This document shows, piece by piece, positions 10,361-18,983 of a DNA stretch of 64,000 nt. Each line of letters opens with the position of its first letter. The stretch's first letter is position 1. This DNA is from Armatimonadota bacterium (GTDB lineage Bacteria > Armatimonadota > SYMT01), in assembly GCA_046292385.1 (NCBI GenBank), contig JBKBRF010000028.1, positions 30,305-94,304 on the forward strand, in the 5' to 3' direction. The notes under the pieces were generated by a model. The model saw only the letters and a program-made list of their open reading frames with translations, did not search any database and was not told the DNA's origin. A program made the translations under genes and the position numbers.

Positions 10361-11347
10361 ATGAAGCGCCGGGAGTTCCTGGGGAGTGCCGCGCTCGCGC
10401 TGGCTGCGGGCCGGGCGGGCGGGGCTGCGGAGCCGGGACGGCTGCGAGCGGTGCGGGACGGCGGCGTGCTGCGGGTGCTGGACGGAGAGCACCCGGTGCT
10501 GGAGTACCGCCACGCGCCGACCGCCGGCCCGGAGGGCACCGGGCCACTCTTTACCCGGAGCGGCTACGTCCACCCGCTGCACGCTCCCAACGGCGCGAAG
10601 GTGACCGACGACTTCCCCGCGGACCATCCGCACCAGCGGGGGCTCTTCTTCGCCTGGACCAAGACGGAGCTGACCCTGGACGGCACGGTGTTCCACCCCG
10701 ACTTCTGGAACCTCGGCAGCGGCACCGGCCGCATTCGCAGCGTCCACTGCGGGGTCCGGGAAGCTCCGGCCGGCGGCTGCCGCTGGTCCTCGGAGCACGC
10801 GTGGGAGGCGAAGGTCGGGGACGACTGGAAGCAGGTGCTCCACGAGACCTGGTCTGCCAGCGTGCTGCCGCCGTTGTTTGCGGAGGGGGAGCGGGACGCG
10901 GCGAGCTCCGCCTACGTCTTTGACCTTGTGTGTATCCAGGAGCCGAAGGTCGACCTGCTGCTGCCGCAGTACCGTTACGGCGGGATCTCGATCCGCGGCG
11001 CCCGGGAGTGGATTCCCGGCAACTCCGGCATGCGGTATCTTACCTCCGAGGGGAAGACGCTGAAGGACGCGGAGGGGAGCACCGCGCGGTGGATCGACAT
11101 GGCGGGTCCGCTCGGCGGCAAGACCGCCGGGGTGGCGCTGCTGGAGCATCCGGAGAACCTCCGCGCGCCGAACCAGCTCCGCGTGCCGCCGGAGAACCCG
11201 TATTACGTCTACTCCCCATCCAAGAGCGGCGACCTCACCCTCCGGGCGGGCGAGGCACACCGGTTCCGGTACCGGGTGGTGGTCCACAACGGCTCCACCG
11301 ATTCCGAGCTGCTGAACCGGCTCTGGCGCGAGTTGGCCGGCGCCTGA
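10361..11347 (+). CDS. Tat-exported DUF6807 ('PmoA family') beta-sandwich protein
   Basis: 'MKRREFL' Tat signal; 'YVHPL', 'DHPHQRGLFF', 'YGG..IR', 'FRYRVVVH'. Confidence 0.75.
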   Translation: MKRREFLGSAALALAAGRAGGAAEPGRLRAVRDGGVLRVLDGEHPVLEYRHAPTAGPEGTGPLFTRSGYVHPLHAPNGAKVTDDFPADHPHQRGLFFAWTKTELTLDGTVFHPDFWNLGSGTGRIRSVHCGVREAPAGGCRWSSEHAWEAKVGDDWKQVLHETWSASVLPPLFAEGERDAASSAYVFDLVCIQEPKVDLLLPQYRYGGISIRGAREWIPGNSGMRYLTSEGKTLKDAEGSTARWIDMAGPLGGKTAGVALLEHPENLRAPNQLRVPPENPYYVYSPSKSGDLTLRAGEAHRFRYRVVVHNGSTDSELLNRLWRELAGA

Positions 11348-11383
11348 AACGACCCTGCCGGGATTTGAAACCGGCCTCGCGGC

Positions 11384-11435
11384 CGTTAAGCCGCGCTTAG
11401 TTGGCCCTTAAGACCCGGCACCGCTCGGTTTAAGG
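11384..11435 (+). promoter_or_regulatory. Pho-box-like 11-bp periodic direct repeats
   Basis: TTAAG/TTAG at 11386, 11397, 11408 and 11430 (spacing 11, 11, 22) upstream of the pilin-pilin-ORF-phoD cluster. Confidence 0.55.
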
Positions 11436-11520
11436 TGGCCGTTCTACCCTGATCCTGCGGCCGGACACGGCGGCTCCCGTTTGGTGAGGAGCCCCCGGAC
11501 CGGCCGGAACAGGATCTGCC

Positions 11521-12321
11521 ATGCAACCGAAGCACCGCATCCGGCGAGGCTTCACCCTGATCGAGCTGCTCGTGGTGATCGCGATCATCGCCATCCTCGC
11601 CGCGATCCTCTTCCCCGTCTTCGCCCAGGCCCGGGACAAGGCCCGCTCTACCGCCTGCCTCTCCAACATGCGCCAGCTCGGGAGCGCCCTGCAGATGTAC
11701 CTGCAGGACTACGACGAGACGTTCCACAAGGGCGCCAACATGCGCGGAATGCCGGCGATGAACGGCTTCGGCGCCAACAGCAAGATCGACGGCTGGGACA
11801 ACTGGCCCTGGTTCTACGGGCCCTACGTGAAGAACGTGGGTGTCTTCGACTGCCCCACCAGCCCGGACGACACCTACGAGCTGACGCGGACCAACTGGGG
11901 GAACGACGGCAACTACGCCTACAACTACTCCGGCCTCACCCGGGACGAAGGGACCCCGCCCCGCATCCTGGCGGAGCTGGACGATCCGTCCGGCACCTTC
12001 GTCTTCTTCGACTCGGGCGACACGCAGGTGCGGGCCGGCAACAACGACTGGCCCGGCCTGCTGGAAGAGCTGGACCTGAACCTCACCTGCGGGGAAAACC
12101 GGTTCAGCCGCTACACGAAGGAAAGCGCGCTGCGCCACGCGGGACGGCTGAACATGGTCTACGCGGACGGCCACGCCAAGAACATCGACTGGCGGACGCT
12201 GCTCACCCGCAAGGCGGACAACGTGGCGCCGTGGATGATCGGGTGGCGCGACTGCGCTCCCAACTGCCCGCCTCCGGACGCCGGCCCCGGCCGCTGCTTC
12301 GATCCCTCCCAGCTTCCGTAG
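11521..12321 (+). CDS. Prepilin-type N-methylation/DUF1559 protein with H-X9-DG motif
   Basis: '[31 protein letters not shown]', 'CLSNMRQLG', C-terminal '[16 protein letters not shown]'. Confidence 0.93.
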   Translation: MQPKHRIRRGFTLIELLVVIAIIAILAAILFPVFAQARDKARSTACLSNMRQLGSALQMYLQDYDETFHKGANMRGMPAMNGFGANSKIDGWDNWPWFYGPYVKNVGVFDCPTSPDDTYELTRTNWGNDGNYAYNYSGLTRDEGTPPRILAELDDPSGTFVFFDSGDTQVRAGNNDWPGLLEELDLNLTCGENRFSRYTKESALRHAGRLNMVYADGHAKNIDWRTLLTRKADNVAPWMIGWRDCAPNCPPPDAGPGRCFDPSQLP

Positions 12322-12338
12322 CCAGCAGGAGCCACACG

Positions 12339-12962
<624 letters not shown>

Positions 12963-12974
12963 CGGACGACATCG

Positions 12975-13244
12975 ATGCAGCAACAACTCTCACGTCCACT
13001 CATCATCGGCGTCCTGGTGCTCGTCGGCGCGCTCTTCGTGGGGCTGCTCTGGCTCGGCACCGGGCCACGCGCGGGCACCTCGCCCACCTCCACGCTCGTG
13101 GAGCGGCAGGAATCGTCGGAGACGTTCTCCCAGGCGGTGCGAGAGCACAACCAGCGAGAGCAAGCGCTGACGGAAAACCCGGAGGCACGCGCCGCGCGAG
13201 ATGCCTACCGGGACAACGATTACCAGCCCGAGTCGGGGAACTGA
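12975..13244 (+). CDS. Small N-terminally membrane-anchored hypothetical protein
   Basis: Single hydrophobic segment then a polar tail; operon-like position after the pilin genes. Confidence 0.7.
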   Translation: MQQQLSRPLIIGVLVLVGALFVGLLWLGTGPRAGTSPTSTLVERQESSETFSQAVREHNQREQALTENPEARAARDAYRDNDYQPESGN

Positions 13245-13276
13245 TCCCGAACCCGTTCTTTTCGATTAACGGGCTA

Positions 13277-13345
13277 GCAGGTTGCAGGTTGCCAGGTTTC
13301 GAACCCTGGTACCGGCGAGCTAACCTGCTAACCTGCGAACCTGAA
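13277..13345. repeat. GCAGGTT inverted-arm intergenic element
   Basis: GCAGGTTGCAGGTTGCCAGGTT ... AACCTGCTAACCTGCGAACCTG. Confidence 0.8.
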
Positions 13346-13355
13346 ACAGATTCCT

Positions 13356-14942
13356 ATGCTTGATCGAAACGAGCTTCGGAAGGCGCTGCGGCACGAGGGG
13401 GGCCTCAGCCGGCGGCTCTTCCTTACCTACGCCTCCGCCCTGGCCGGCGCCGCCTGGTGCGCGGAGCAGGGGTCGGCCGCCCAAGACGCGCCCACCTTTA
13501 GCGCTAACCCGTTCAGCCTTGGCGTCGCCTCCGGCGACCCGGACGCGAGCGGCTTCGTCCTCTGGACCCGCCTCGCGCCTCGTCCCCTCGATCCGGACGG
13601 CGGCATGGAGCCGGTCCGCGTGCCGGTGAGCTGGGAAGTGGCGGAAGACGAGGGGATGCAGCAGGTGGTGCAGCGGGGCACCGCCACCGCCGCGCCGCTG
13701 CTGGGCCACTCCGTGCACGTGGAGGTGAAGGATCTGCAGCCGGACCGCTGGTACTGGTACCGGTTCCGCGCCGGGGAGGCCGAGAGCCCGGTCGGCCGCG
13801 CGCGCACCCTGCCGGAAGCCTCCGCTGCCGCACAGGGGCTCCGGTTCGCGTTCGCCTCCTGCCAGCATTACGAGACGGGTCTCTTCACCGCCTACGAGCA
13901 GATGGCGAAGGACGACCTCGACCTCGTCTTCCACCTGGGCGACTACATCTACGAGGGCGCAGGTCGCGAGACGGGAGTGCGGCGACACGCGGGCCGGAAG
14001 CTCTACACGCTGGCCGACTACCGGATCCGGCACGCGCAGTACCGCGCCGACCCGCTGCTGCAGGCGATGCACGCGCGCTGCCCCTGGCTCGTCACGTGGG
14101 ACGATCACGAATTCGAGAACAACTACGCGGCCGAGATCTCCTCGCTGCGGGGCGTCGACCCGGACGAATTCCTGATCCAGCGAGCGAACGCCTACCAGGC
14201 CTATTACGAGATGATGCCGCTCCGGCGCCGCTCAATCCCCCGCGGCCCGGACATGCTGCTCTACCGCAAGGCCTCGTTCGGCCGGCTGGCGGAGCTGCTG
14301 GTGCTGGACACGCGGCAGTACCGTACGGACCAGCCGAACCGGGACGCCGCGTCGCCCCTCAACGACGCCGCGCTCGATCCGAAGGCGAGCCTGCTCGGCA
14401 GCCGCCAGCGGGAGTGGCTGCAGTCGTCGCTCAAGGAGTCCGGCGCGACCTGGAACGTGCTGGCGCAGCAGGTGATGATCGCGCTGGTCGACCGCTCGAC
14501 AGGCGAGGGGGAGCGCTACTCCATGGACCAGTGGCCCGGCTACGCGCACGAGCGGATGGAGCTGGTCCGTTTCTTGTCCGACGCGCGCGTGTCGAACCCG
14601 GTGGTCCTCACGGGGGACATTCACTCCAACTGGGTGAACGACGTCCGCACGGACGACCGCCAGCCGGAGCTGCCGGTGGTGGCGACCGAGTTCGTCGGCA
14701 CCTCCATCTCCAGCGGCGGCAACGGGATGGACCAGCCGGCCGGTCTCGACGCCCTACTCGCGGAAAACCCGGGCGTCCGGTTCCACAACCGGCAGCGCGG
14801 CTACGTGCGCTGTACCCTGAGCCCCACCTCCTGGCGGAGCGACTACGTGGTGATCGACGACGTGCTCCAACCGGGCGGAAAGGCCTCCACCCGCGCCTCG
14901 TTCGTGGTGGAGGCCGGGAAACCGGGCGCGCGACCGGCGTAG
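13356..14942 (+). CDS. phoD: Alkaline phosphatase D (Tat-exported)
   Basis: 'SRRLFL' Tat motif; 'FSLGVASGDP', 'HLGDYIYE', 'WDDHE', 'LDTRQYR', 'LTGDIHSNW'. Confidence 0.95.
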   Translation: MLDRNELRKALRHEGGLSRRLFLTYASALAGAAWCAEQGSAAQDAPTFSANPFSLGVASGDPDASGFVLWTRLAPRPLDPDGGMEPVRVPVSWEVAEDEGMQQVVQRGTATAAPLLGHSVHVEVKDLQPDRWYWYRFRAGEAESPVGRARTLPEASAAAQGLRFAFASCQHYETGLFTAYEQMAKDDLDLVFHLGDYIYEGAGRETGVRRHAGRKLYTLADYRIRHAQYRADPLLQAMHARCPWLVTWDDHEFENNYAAEISSLRGVDPDEFLIQRANAYQAYYEMMPLRRRSIPRGPDMLLYRKASFGRLAELLVLDTRQYRTDQPNRDAASPLNDAALDPKASLLGSRQREWLQSSLKESGATWNVLAQQVMIALVDRSTGEGERYSMDQWPGYAHERMELVRFLSDARVSNPVVLTGDIHSNWVNDVRTDDRQPELPVVATEFVGTSISSGGNGMDQPAGLDALLAENPGVRFHNRQRGYVRCTLSPTSWRSDYVVIDDVLQPGGKASTRASFVVEAGKPGARPA

Positions 14943-14951
14943 CTACCGGTC

Positions 14952-15031
14952 GGTTAGCAGGTTGGCAGGTTGCAAGTTACAGGTTCGGAACCCCGCCCCC
15001 GGGCGGCCCAACCTGTAATTGCTAACCTGCC
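14952..15031. repeat. GCAGGTT inverted-arm intergenic element
   Basis: GGTTAGCAGGTTGGCAGGTTGCAAGTTACAGGTT ... CAACCTGTAATTGCTAACCTGCC. Confidence 0.8.
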
Positions 15032-15091
15032 ACTCTGGGCATCCGGTTGCCGGCGAGGCGACCTTTTCGCCCACGCAGGCCGACGGCTTTA

Positions 15092-15227
15092 GGGTGCGGG
15101 AGCTTGCTCCCGCTCTCGCCGCCGACTGCGGAAGCGCACCGTCGCCTCCTGCGAATGCCTGCTTTCGCCTGGAAGCATTCTGCGTTCGCGGCAGGCTCCC
15201 CAAAGCGGAAGCAAGCTTCCGCACTCC
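15092..15227. repeat. Inverted pair of REP-like palindromes (GGAG/GGGTGCGG-type)
   Basis: GGGTGCGGGAGCTTGCTCCCGCT (15092-15114) and AAAGCGGAAGCAAGCTTCCGCACTCC (15202-15227) face each other, and each is internally palindromic. Confidence 0.7.
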
Positions 15228-15286
15228 ACAGGCGGGACCGGTTTCGGATCCCGCTGCACCGGGCTGCCTGCGACACCCAGCCGCGT

Positions 15287-16390
15287 CTACCGGGACTCCC
15301 ATCGCACTTCGCAGCTCACGGCGGCGGGCTCCACGAAGCGGGCCAGCCGGTCTCCTTCCGCTGTGAGCTCCTCTCTCGCTGCCTCCGGCACCGCCCCGAA
15401 CGGGGAGAGGGTGAGGATGGCTGTCTTGCGCTGGCGCGTGACCTTCCACGTGCCGGCGACGAAGCCGTCGACCAGGAAGGTCGGCAGAACGAGCGCGTTC
15501 TTCGTGATGACGGTTTTCCGGTGCTCGTCCGCGATGACGCGGGTGCGGTCGGCGTGGGAGAGGATCAGGTTGTCGAAGTCGGCGACGAACCGCGGCGGGG
15601 CGGGCGTCTCCTCCGGCGGGCGCGGCGCCTCCGGCAGGTCGAACAGCTCCCGGTTCCGCTCGTCCCGGAAGACCGCCAGCCGCGGGCGAAGCTCCTCCAG
15701 CACGGGGGCCAGGCCGCCGCGGCCGGACCACGCCGTCACGTCGGCGGCGGACGCGGGCCCGAAGGCGGCGAGGTAGCGGAGCACCAGGGTGTGGGCGTTG
15801 TCCGCGGTGTCGAGCGGGTGACCGAGCCATTCTTCCGCCAGCGCGAACTCGCAGTCGGCGCGGTAGCCCCACTCGTGGGAGCCGGGCACCAGGACCAGCG
15901 GGAGCTGGGTGCGGACGGTGTATCCCATGGCGCGCTCGTCGGCGCCCGGAAAGCGCGCCAGCAGCTCGTTCCTTAGCTCCGTAAAGGTGCGGGGCCGCTC
16001 CGCATAGAGCCGGCGCGCCTCCGCCAGCACCGTCTCCAGCGGGAGCGCGTCGAGCCGCTCGCGCAGGATGCTGCGGACCGCCGAGTCGAGCGCGGGCTGG
16101 ATCGCCGGGCGGAGCGCCGTGAAGTCGCGCCGCGACCAGAGGTGCAGCGTACAGCGCATCAGCGGCGCGCGGACCACCTGGCCCGAGTGGAGCAGCGGGA
16201 CCAGCTCCTCGCGCCGGAACTCCTCCAGCCGGCACCAGAGGCCGACGAACGGCGGCCGCGCCTGCTGCGCCTGGAGGCCCGCCAGCCGCTCGATCGCCTC
16301 CACCGCGGAGACGGCTTTCCGCCGCAGCAGCATCTGCCGCGCCAGGAGCGCCCGGTTCAGCGCGCGTTGGGTCAGGATCGGGTGGGACAT
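15287..16390 (-). CDS. HTH_42 winged-helix DNA glycosylase, AlkZ-like
   Basis: 'LNRALLARQMLL', catalytic-type 'LQAQ' (QxQ) motif, 'LWCRL', 'MRCTLH', 'YLAAFGPAS..D..AWSG', 'FDNLIL', 'DGFVAGTW'. Confidence 0.85.
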   Translation of the reverse strand: MSHPILTQRALNRALLARQMLLRRKAVSAVEAIERLAGLQAQQARPPFVGLWCRLEEFRREELVPLLHSGQVVRAPLMRCTLHLWSRRDFTALRPAIQPALDSAVRSILRERLDALPLETVLAEARRLYAERPRTFTELRNELLARFPGADERAMGYTVRTQLPLVLVPGSHEWGYRADCEFALAEEWLGHPLDTADNAHTLVLRYLAAFGPASAADVTAWSGRGGLAPVLEELRPRLAVFRDERNRELFDLPEAPRPPEETPAPPRFVADFDNLILSHADRTRVIADEHRKTVITKNALVLPTFLVDGFVAGTWKVTRQRKTAILTLSPFGAVPEAAREELTAEGDRLARFVEPAAVSCEVRWESR

Positions 16391-16454
16391 GCGGTGTTCT
16401 CCAGGTGCGGGCGGGAGGCGCGCCCACTCTCTTGTAGCACGCTCGCCTGGTGGG

Positions 16455-16653
16455 TTGGGAAGCCGCTGGTTGAACGACCCCCGATTCCAACGAAAGGGCG
16501 ACCCGTTTCAGGGAACGCGGCGGTGCGCCCAGGGGTCTGCTAAGACGGAAGCACCTCCTGCCGGATTGTGCTCCTGTCTCCTCCAACCTGGCTGAGCTGG
16601 GTCGGAGAGTGGTGTAACTCTGCCCCGCCGGTTTTGCCGGCGGGGCCTTTTTT
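16455..16653 (+). ncRNA. Candidate structured small RNA or leader (unidentified)
   Basis: Several local hairpins followed by an intrinsic terminator, with no + strand gene upstream to terminate; boundaries approximate. Confidence 0.35.
16622..16653 (+). terminator. Rho-independent terminator
   Basis: GCCCCGCCGG-TTTTG-CCGGCGGGGC followed by CTTTTTT. Confidence 0.85.
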
Positions 16654-16681
16654 CTCGCGCCGGCCGGCCGGCAGCGCGCCC

Positions 16682-16714
16682 GATGTATTTCTCACGGGGA
16701 TCCGGCCTTTATCC
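16682..16714 (+). promoter_or_regulatory. Putative ECF-sigma promoter, copy 1 (GATGTAT-N18-CTTTA)
   Basis: Same bipartite motif and spacing as 18185-18217; about 75 bp upstream of the 16788 start. Confidence 0.6.
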
Positions 16715-16787
16715 GGGTGGAAGACGGCGGTGCCCTGGCGGCGAGACCGCCAATCGACCGCATCCTGGTTTACGAAGGAGATCACCC

Positions 16788-17399
16788 GTGGCTACTACGC
16801 TTTCACTTCGCTTCCGCCGCGCCCTGGCGCTGGCGGCGGCGCTGACCGTGCTGCTCCCCGTCTTCGCCACCCCGGCGGAAGCCCGCCGTGGACGCGGTGG
16901 GGACGACCGCGGCGTCGGCGACGACCGCGGCGGCGACCGCGGCGGCGACGATGACCGGAACGACGACGGCGGCGGCCGTGGCCGGGGCCGGGGCGGCGAT
17001 GACCGCGGCGGCAGCCGGGGACGAATCCGCAATGATTACCGCCTGGTACCGACTGCCGCCGGCGAGGAGGACGGCCTGTTCGGCAAGGCAAGGCTGGAGG
17101 CGCGGTCGGACCGCTTCCGACTGCGCGTGCAGGTGAAGACGCCGGTCCTGCCGCAGGGCACCGTGCTGCAGGCCTACGCGCTGGTGAACGGCGCGGGCGG
17201 CGTGCAGCGGCTCTTCCTCGGCTCCCTGGTGCTCCAGCCGAGCGACAACCACGCGAACCTGATGGAGGACAAGGTCGACCTGCGCGCTTTCCCCAGCGGC
17301 ATCACCTCGCCGGGCCAGGTCGCCGGCTTCGAGGTGACGGACCAGGATTCCACCGTGACGCTGCTGACCTCGGTGCTGACGCGGTCGCGCAGCCGCTGA
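16788..17399 (+). CDS. Secreted hypothetical protein with Gly/Asp/Arg-rich (RGGDD) N-terminal repeats
   Basis: AAGGAG RBS and GTG at 16788; signal peptide ending PAEA; RRGRGGDD/RGGDD repeats then a beta-rich domain of about 120 aa. Confidence 0.8.
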   Translation: MATTLSLRFRRALALAAALTVLLPVFATPAEARRGRGGDDRGVGDDRGGDRGGDDDRNDDGGGRGRGRGGDDRGGSRGRIRNDYRLVPTAAGEEDGLFGKARLEARSDRFRLRVQVKTPVLPQGTVLQAYALVNGAGGVQRLFLGSLVLQPSDNHANLMEDKVDLRAFPSGITSPGQVAGFEVTDQDSTVTLLTSVLTRSRSR

Positions 17400-17418
17400 T
17401 CTGCTGCGATCCGCGGTC

Positions 17419-17462
17419 CGGGACCGGAGGCGTTTCCGGTCCCGGGCCTTCTTCGCGTTTTG
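17419..17462 (+). terminator. Probable terminator hairpin after the secreted protein gene
   Basis: CGGGACCGGA-GGCGTT-TCCGGTCCCG followed by an interrupted T-rich tract. Confidence 0.55.
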
Positions 17463-17604
17463 GGGTGACGTATCGGGTGGAGTGTTGCGTTTTGTATTAT
17501 GGTGGCGCGGGCGTACCGCGGGATGCGCCGGGGGTATGCTGAGAGTGAGGACCCGGCCGAATTGTGGCTCTGGCTAACTACGGCGCCCGGTATGCGGTGA
17601 GAAG

Positions 17605-18186
17605 GTGTACGTGAGAGAGCAGGACTGGCCCCTTGTCCGCGCCTGTGAGGCGGGAGACCGGAAGGCGTGGGAGACGCTCATCCGGCGCTACGAGCGCCTG
17701 TTGATGGCGATCCCGCGCCGCTGCGGACTCTCCGAGGAAGACGCCGCCGACGTCTTCCAGACCGTCTGCATGAAGCTGGTGGAGAACCTCTCCCGGCTGC
17801 GAGACGAGCGACACCTCACCGGCTGGCTCATCACCACCGCCAAGCACGAGTCGTGGAACATCCACCGCAAGCGGAAGCGGCTGGAGGCGCTCGTCGAGCC
17901 GGAGGCGCTCGGCAGCACCGACGCGACGACCGACCTCCTCGTCTCCGACGAACTCCTCCCGGAAGAGGCGGTGCAGCGCCTGGAAGAAGCGCAGCTCGTG
18001 CGCGAGGCGCTGGAGGATCTGGGCGAGCGCTGCCGGCTGCTGCTGCAGCTCCTCTATCATTCCGATCCCCCGCTCACCTACGCGGAGGTGGCGGCGCGCC
18101 TGAACGTCTCCACCGGCGCGATCGGTCCCACCCGCGGCCGGTGCCTGGTCCAGCTCAAGAAGATCCTGGATCGCAACGGCTTTTGA
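17605..18186 (+). CDS. ECF sigma-70 family RNA polymerase sigma factor
   Basis: Region 2 'GDRKAWETLIRRY..DAADVFQTV..WLITTAK'; region 4 'LGERCRLLL..YAEVAARLNVSTGAIGPTRGRCL.QLK'. Confidence 0.93.
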   Translation: MYVREQDWPLVRACEAGDRKAWETLIRRYERLLMAIPRRCGLSEEDAADVFQTVCMKLVENLSRLRDERHLTGWLITTAKHESWNIHRKRKRLEALVEPEALGSTDATTDLLVSDELLPEEAVQRLEEAQLVREALEDLGERCRLLLQLLYHSDPPLTYAEVAARLNVSTGAIGPTRGRCLVQLKKILDRNGF

Positions 18187-18217
18187 TGTATCTCCGCGCC
18201 GTTTCGGGTCTTTAACC
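18185..18217 (+). promoter_or_regulatory. Putative ECF-sigma promoter, copy 2 (GATGTAT-N18-CTTTA)
   Basis: Begins in the sigma stop codon, upstream of the anti-sigma/CHAT genes; matches 16682-16714. Confidence 0.6.
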
Positions 18218-18244
18218 ATGCGGATGGGCGCTGCCGGCCCACCT

Positions 18245-18334
18245 GTTGCAAGTTGGCAGGTTGCAGGTTAGCAGGTTGGGAACCCCCGCTGACGGGATGC
18301 AAACCTGCAACCTGCCAACCTGCAACCTACCAAC
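18245..18334. repeat. GCAGGTT inverted-arm intergenic element
   Basis: GTTGCAAGTTGGCAGGTTGCAGGTTAGCAGGTT ... AACCTGCAACCTGCCAACCTGCAACCTACCAAC. Confidence 0.85.
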
Positions 18335-18370
18335 AGACTTCAGCCCACCCGGACTTGAAGAGAGTTAACG

Positions 18371-18976
18371 ATGGCTACCCGCGACCACCTGACCCCTGAA
18401 GAGCTCCTTGCCTGTGCGGAGGGGAGCGCGGACGACCGCCTGCTGGCGCGGGTCCGCCGCCACCTGGAGAGCGGGTGCGCCGGCTGCTCCGCCGAGCTCG
18501 ACTCCTGGACGCGGATGCACTCCGCGCTGCAGGCCGACCGGGAGCCGGGCGCGCCGGACTGGGTGCTGGAGCGCGCGCTGGGAATGATCGACCGCATCGA
18601 GCGGCAGCCGACGCTGTGGGAGCGGATCACCGCCGCCCTGGTGTGGGACAGCCGCACGCAGCCGGTCCCTGCCGGGATCCGGGACGCGGGCAGCAACGCC
18701 TTCTCACTGCTGTTCAAGGCCGACTCGATCCACGTCGACCTGCTCTGCGAGCGAGAGGGCAACTCCTGGCGGATCACCGGCCAGGTCCTCTCCGAGCCCC
18801 CGGCGGAGCTGCCGTGGCGCGCCAGCCTGCACGGGGGCGGCGAGAGCCGGGAAGCGGAGGTGGCGCGGGGGGGCGAGCTCTCCTTCGAGAACGTGCCACC
18901 CGGCACCTACAGCCTGACGCTCACCAGCCAGGGCCGCTCGATCCTGCTGCCGGACATCCGGCTCTCCCCCGCCTGA
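18371..18976 (+). CDS. Soluble Zn-binding anti-sigma-like protein with C-terminal carboxypeptidase-regulatory-like beta domain
   Basis: 'HL..EEL' plus 'HLESGCAGC' (H-x4-C-x2-C, a ZAS variant); 'LVWDS...AGIR'; 'GELSFENVPPGTYSL'; no TM segment. Confidence 0.75.
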   Translation: MATRDHLTPEELLACAEGSADDRLLARVRRHLESGCAGCSAELDSWTRMHSALQADREPGAPDWVLERALGMIDRIERQPTLWERITAALVWDSRTQPVPAGIRDAGSNAFSLLFKADSIHVDLLCEREGNSWRITGQVLSEPPAELPWRASLHGGGESREAEVARGGELSFENVPPGTYSLTLTSQGRSILLPDIRLSPA

Positions 18977-18983
18977 GCCCCGG

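Noticed and set aside
10361..11347. Methane monooxygenase function for the 'PmoA family' protein
   Set aside because: It is a soluble Tat-exported protein without PmoA TM helices or pmoB/pmoC neighbours; the family name is misleading.
16490..16566. c-di-GMP-I riboswitch call for the 16.5-kb structured region
   Set aside because: Only loose resemblance (AAAGGGCGACCC...GGGTCT...CTGCCG); it lacks the GAAA tetraloop and GCAAAG junction, so it is kept as an unidentified RNA candidate.
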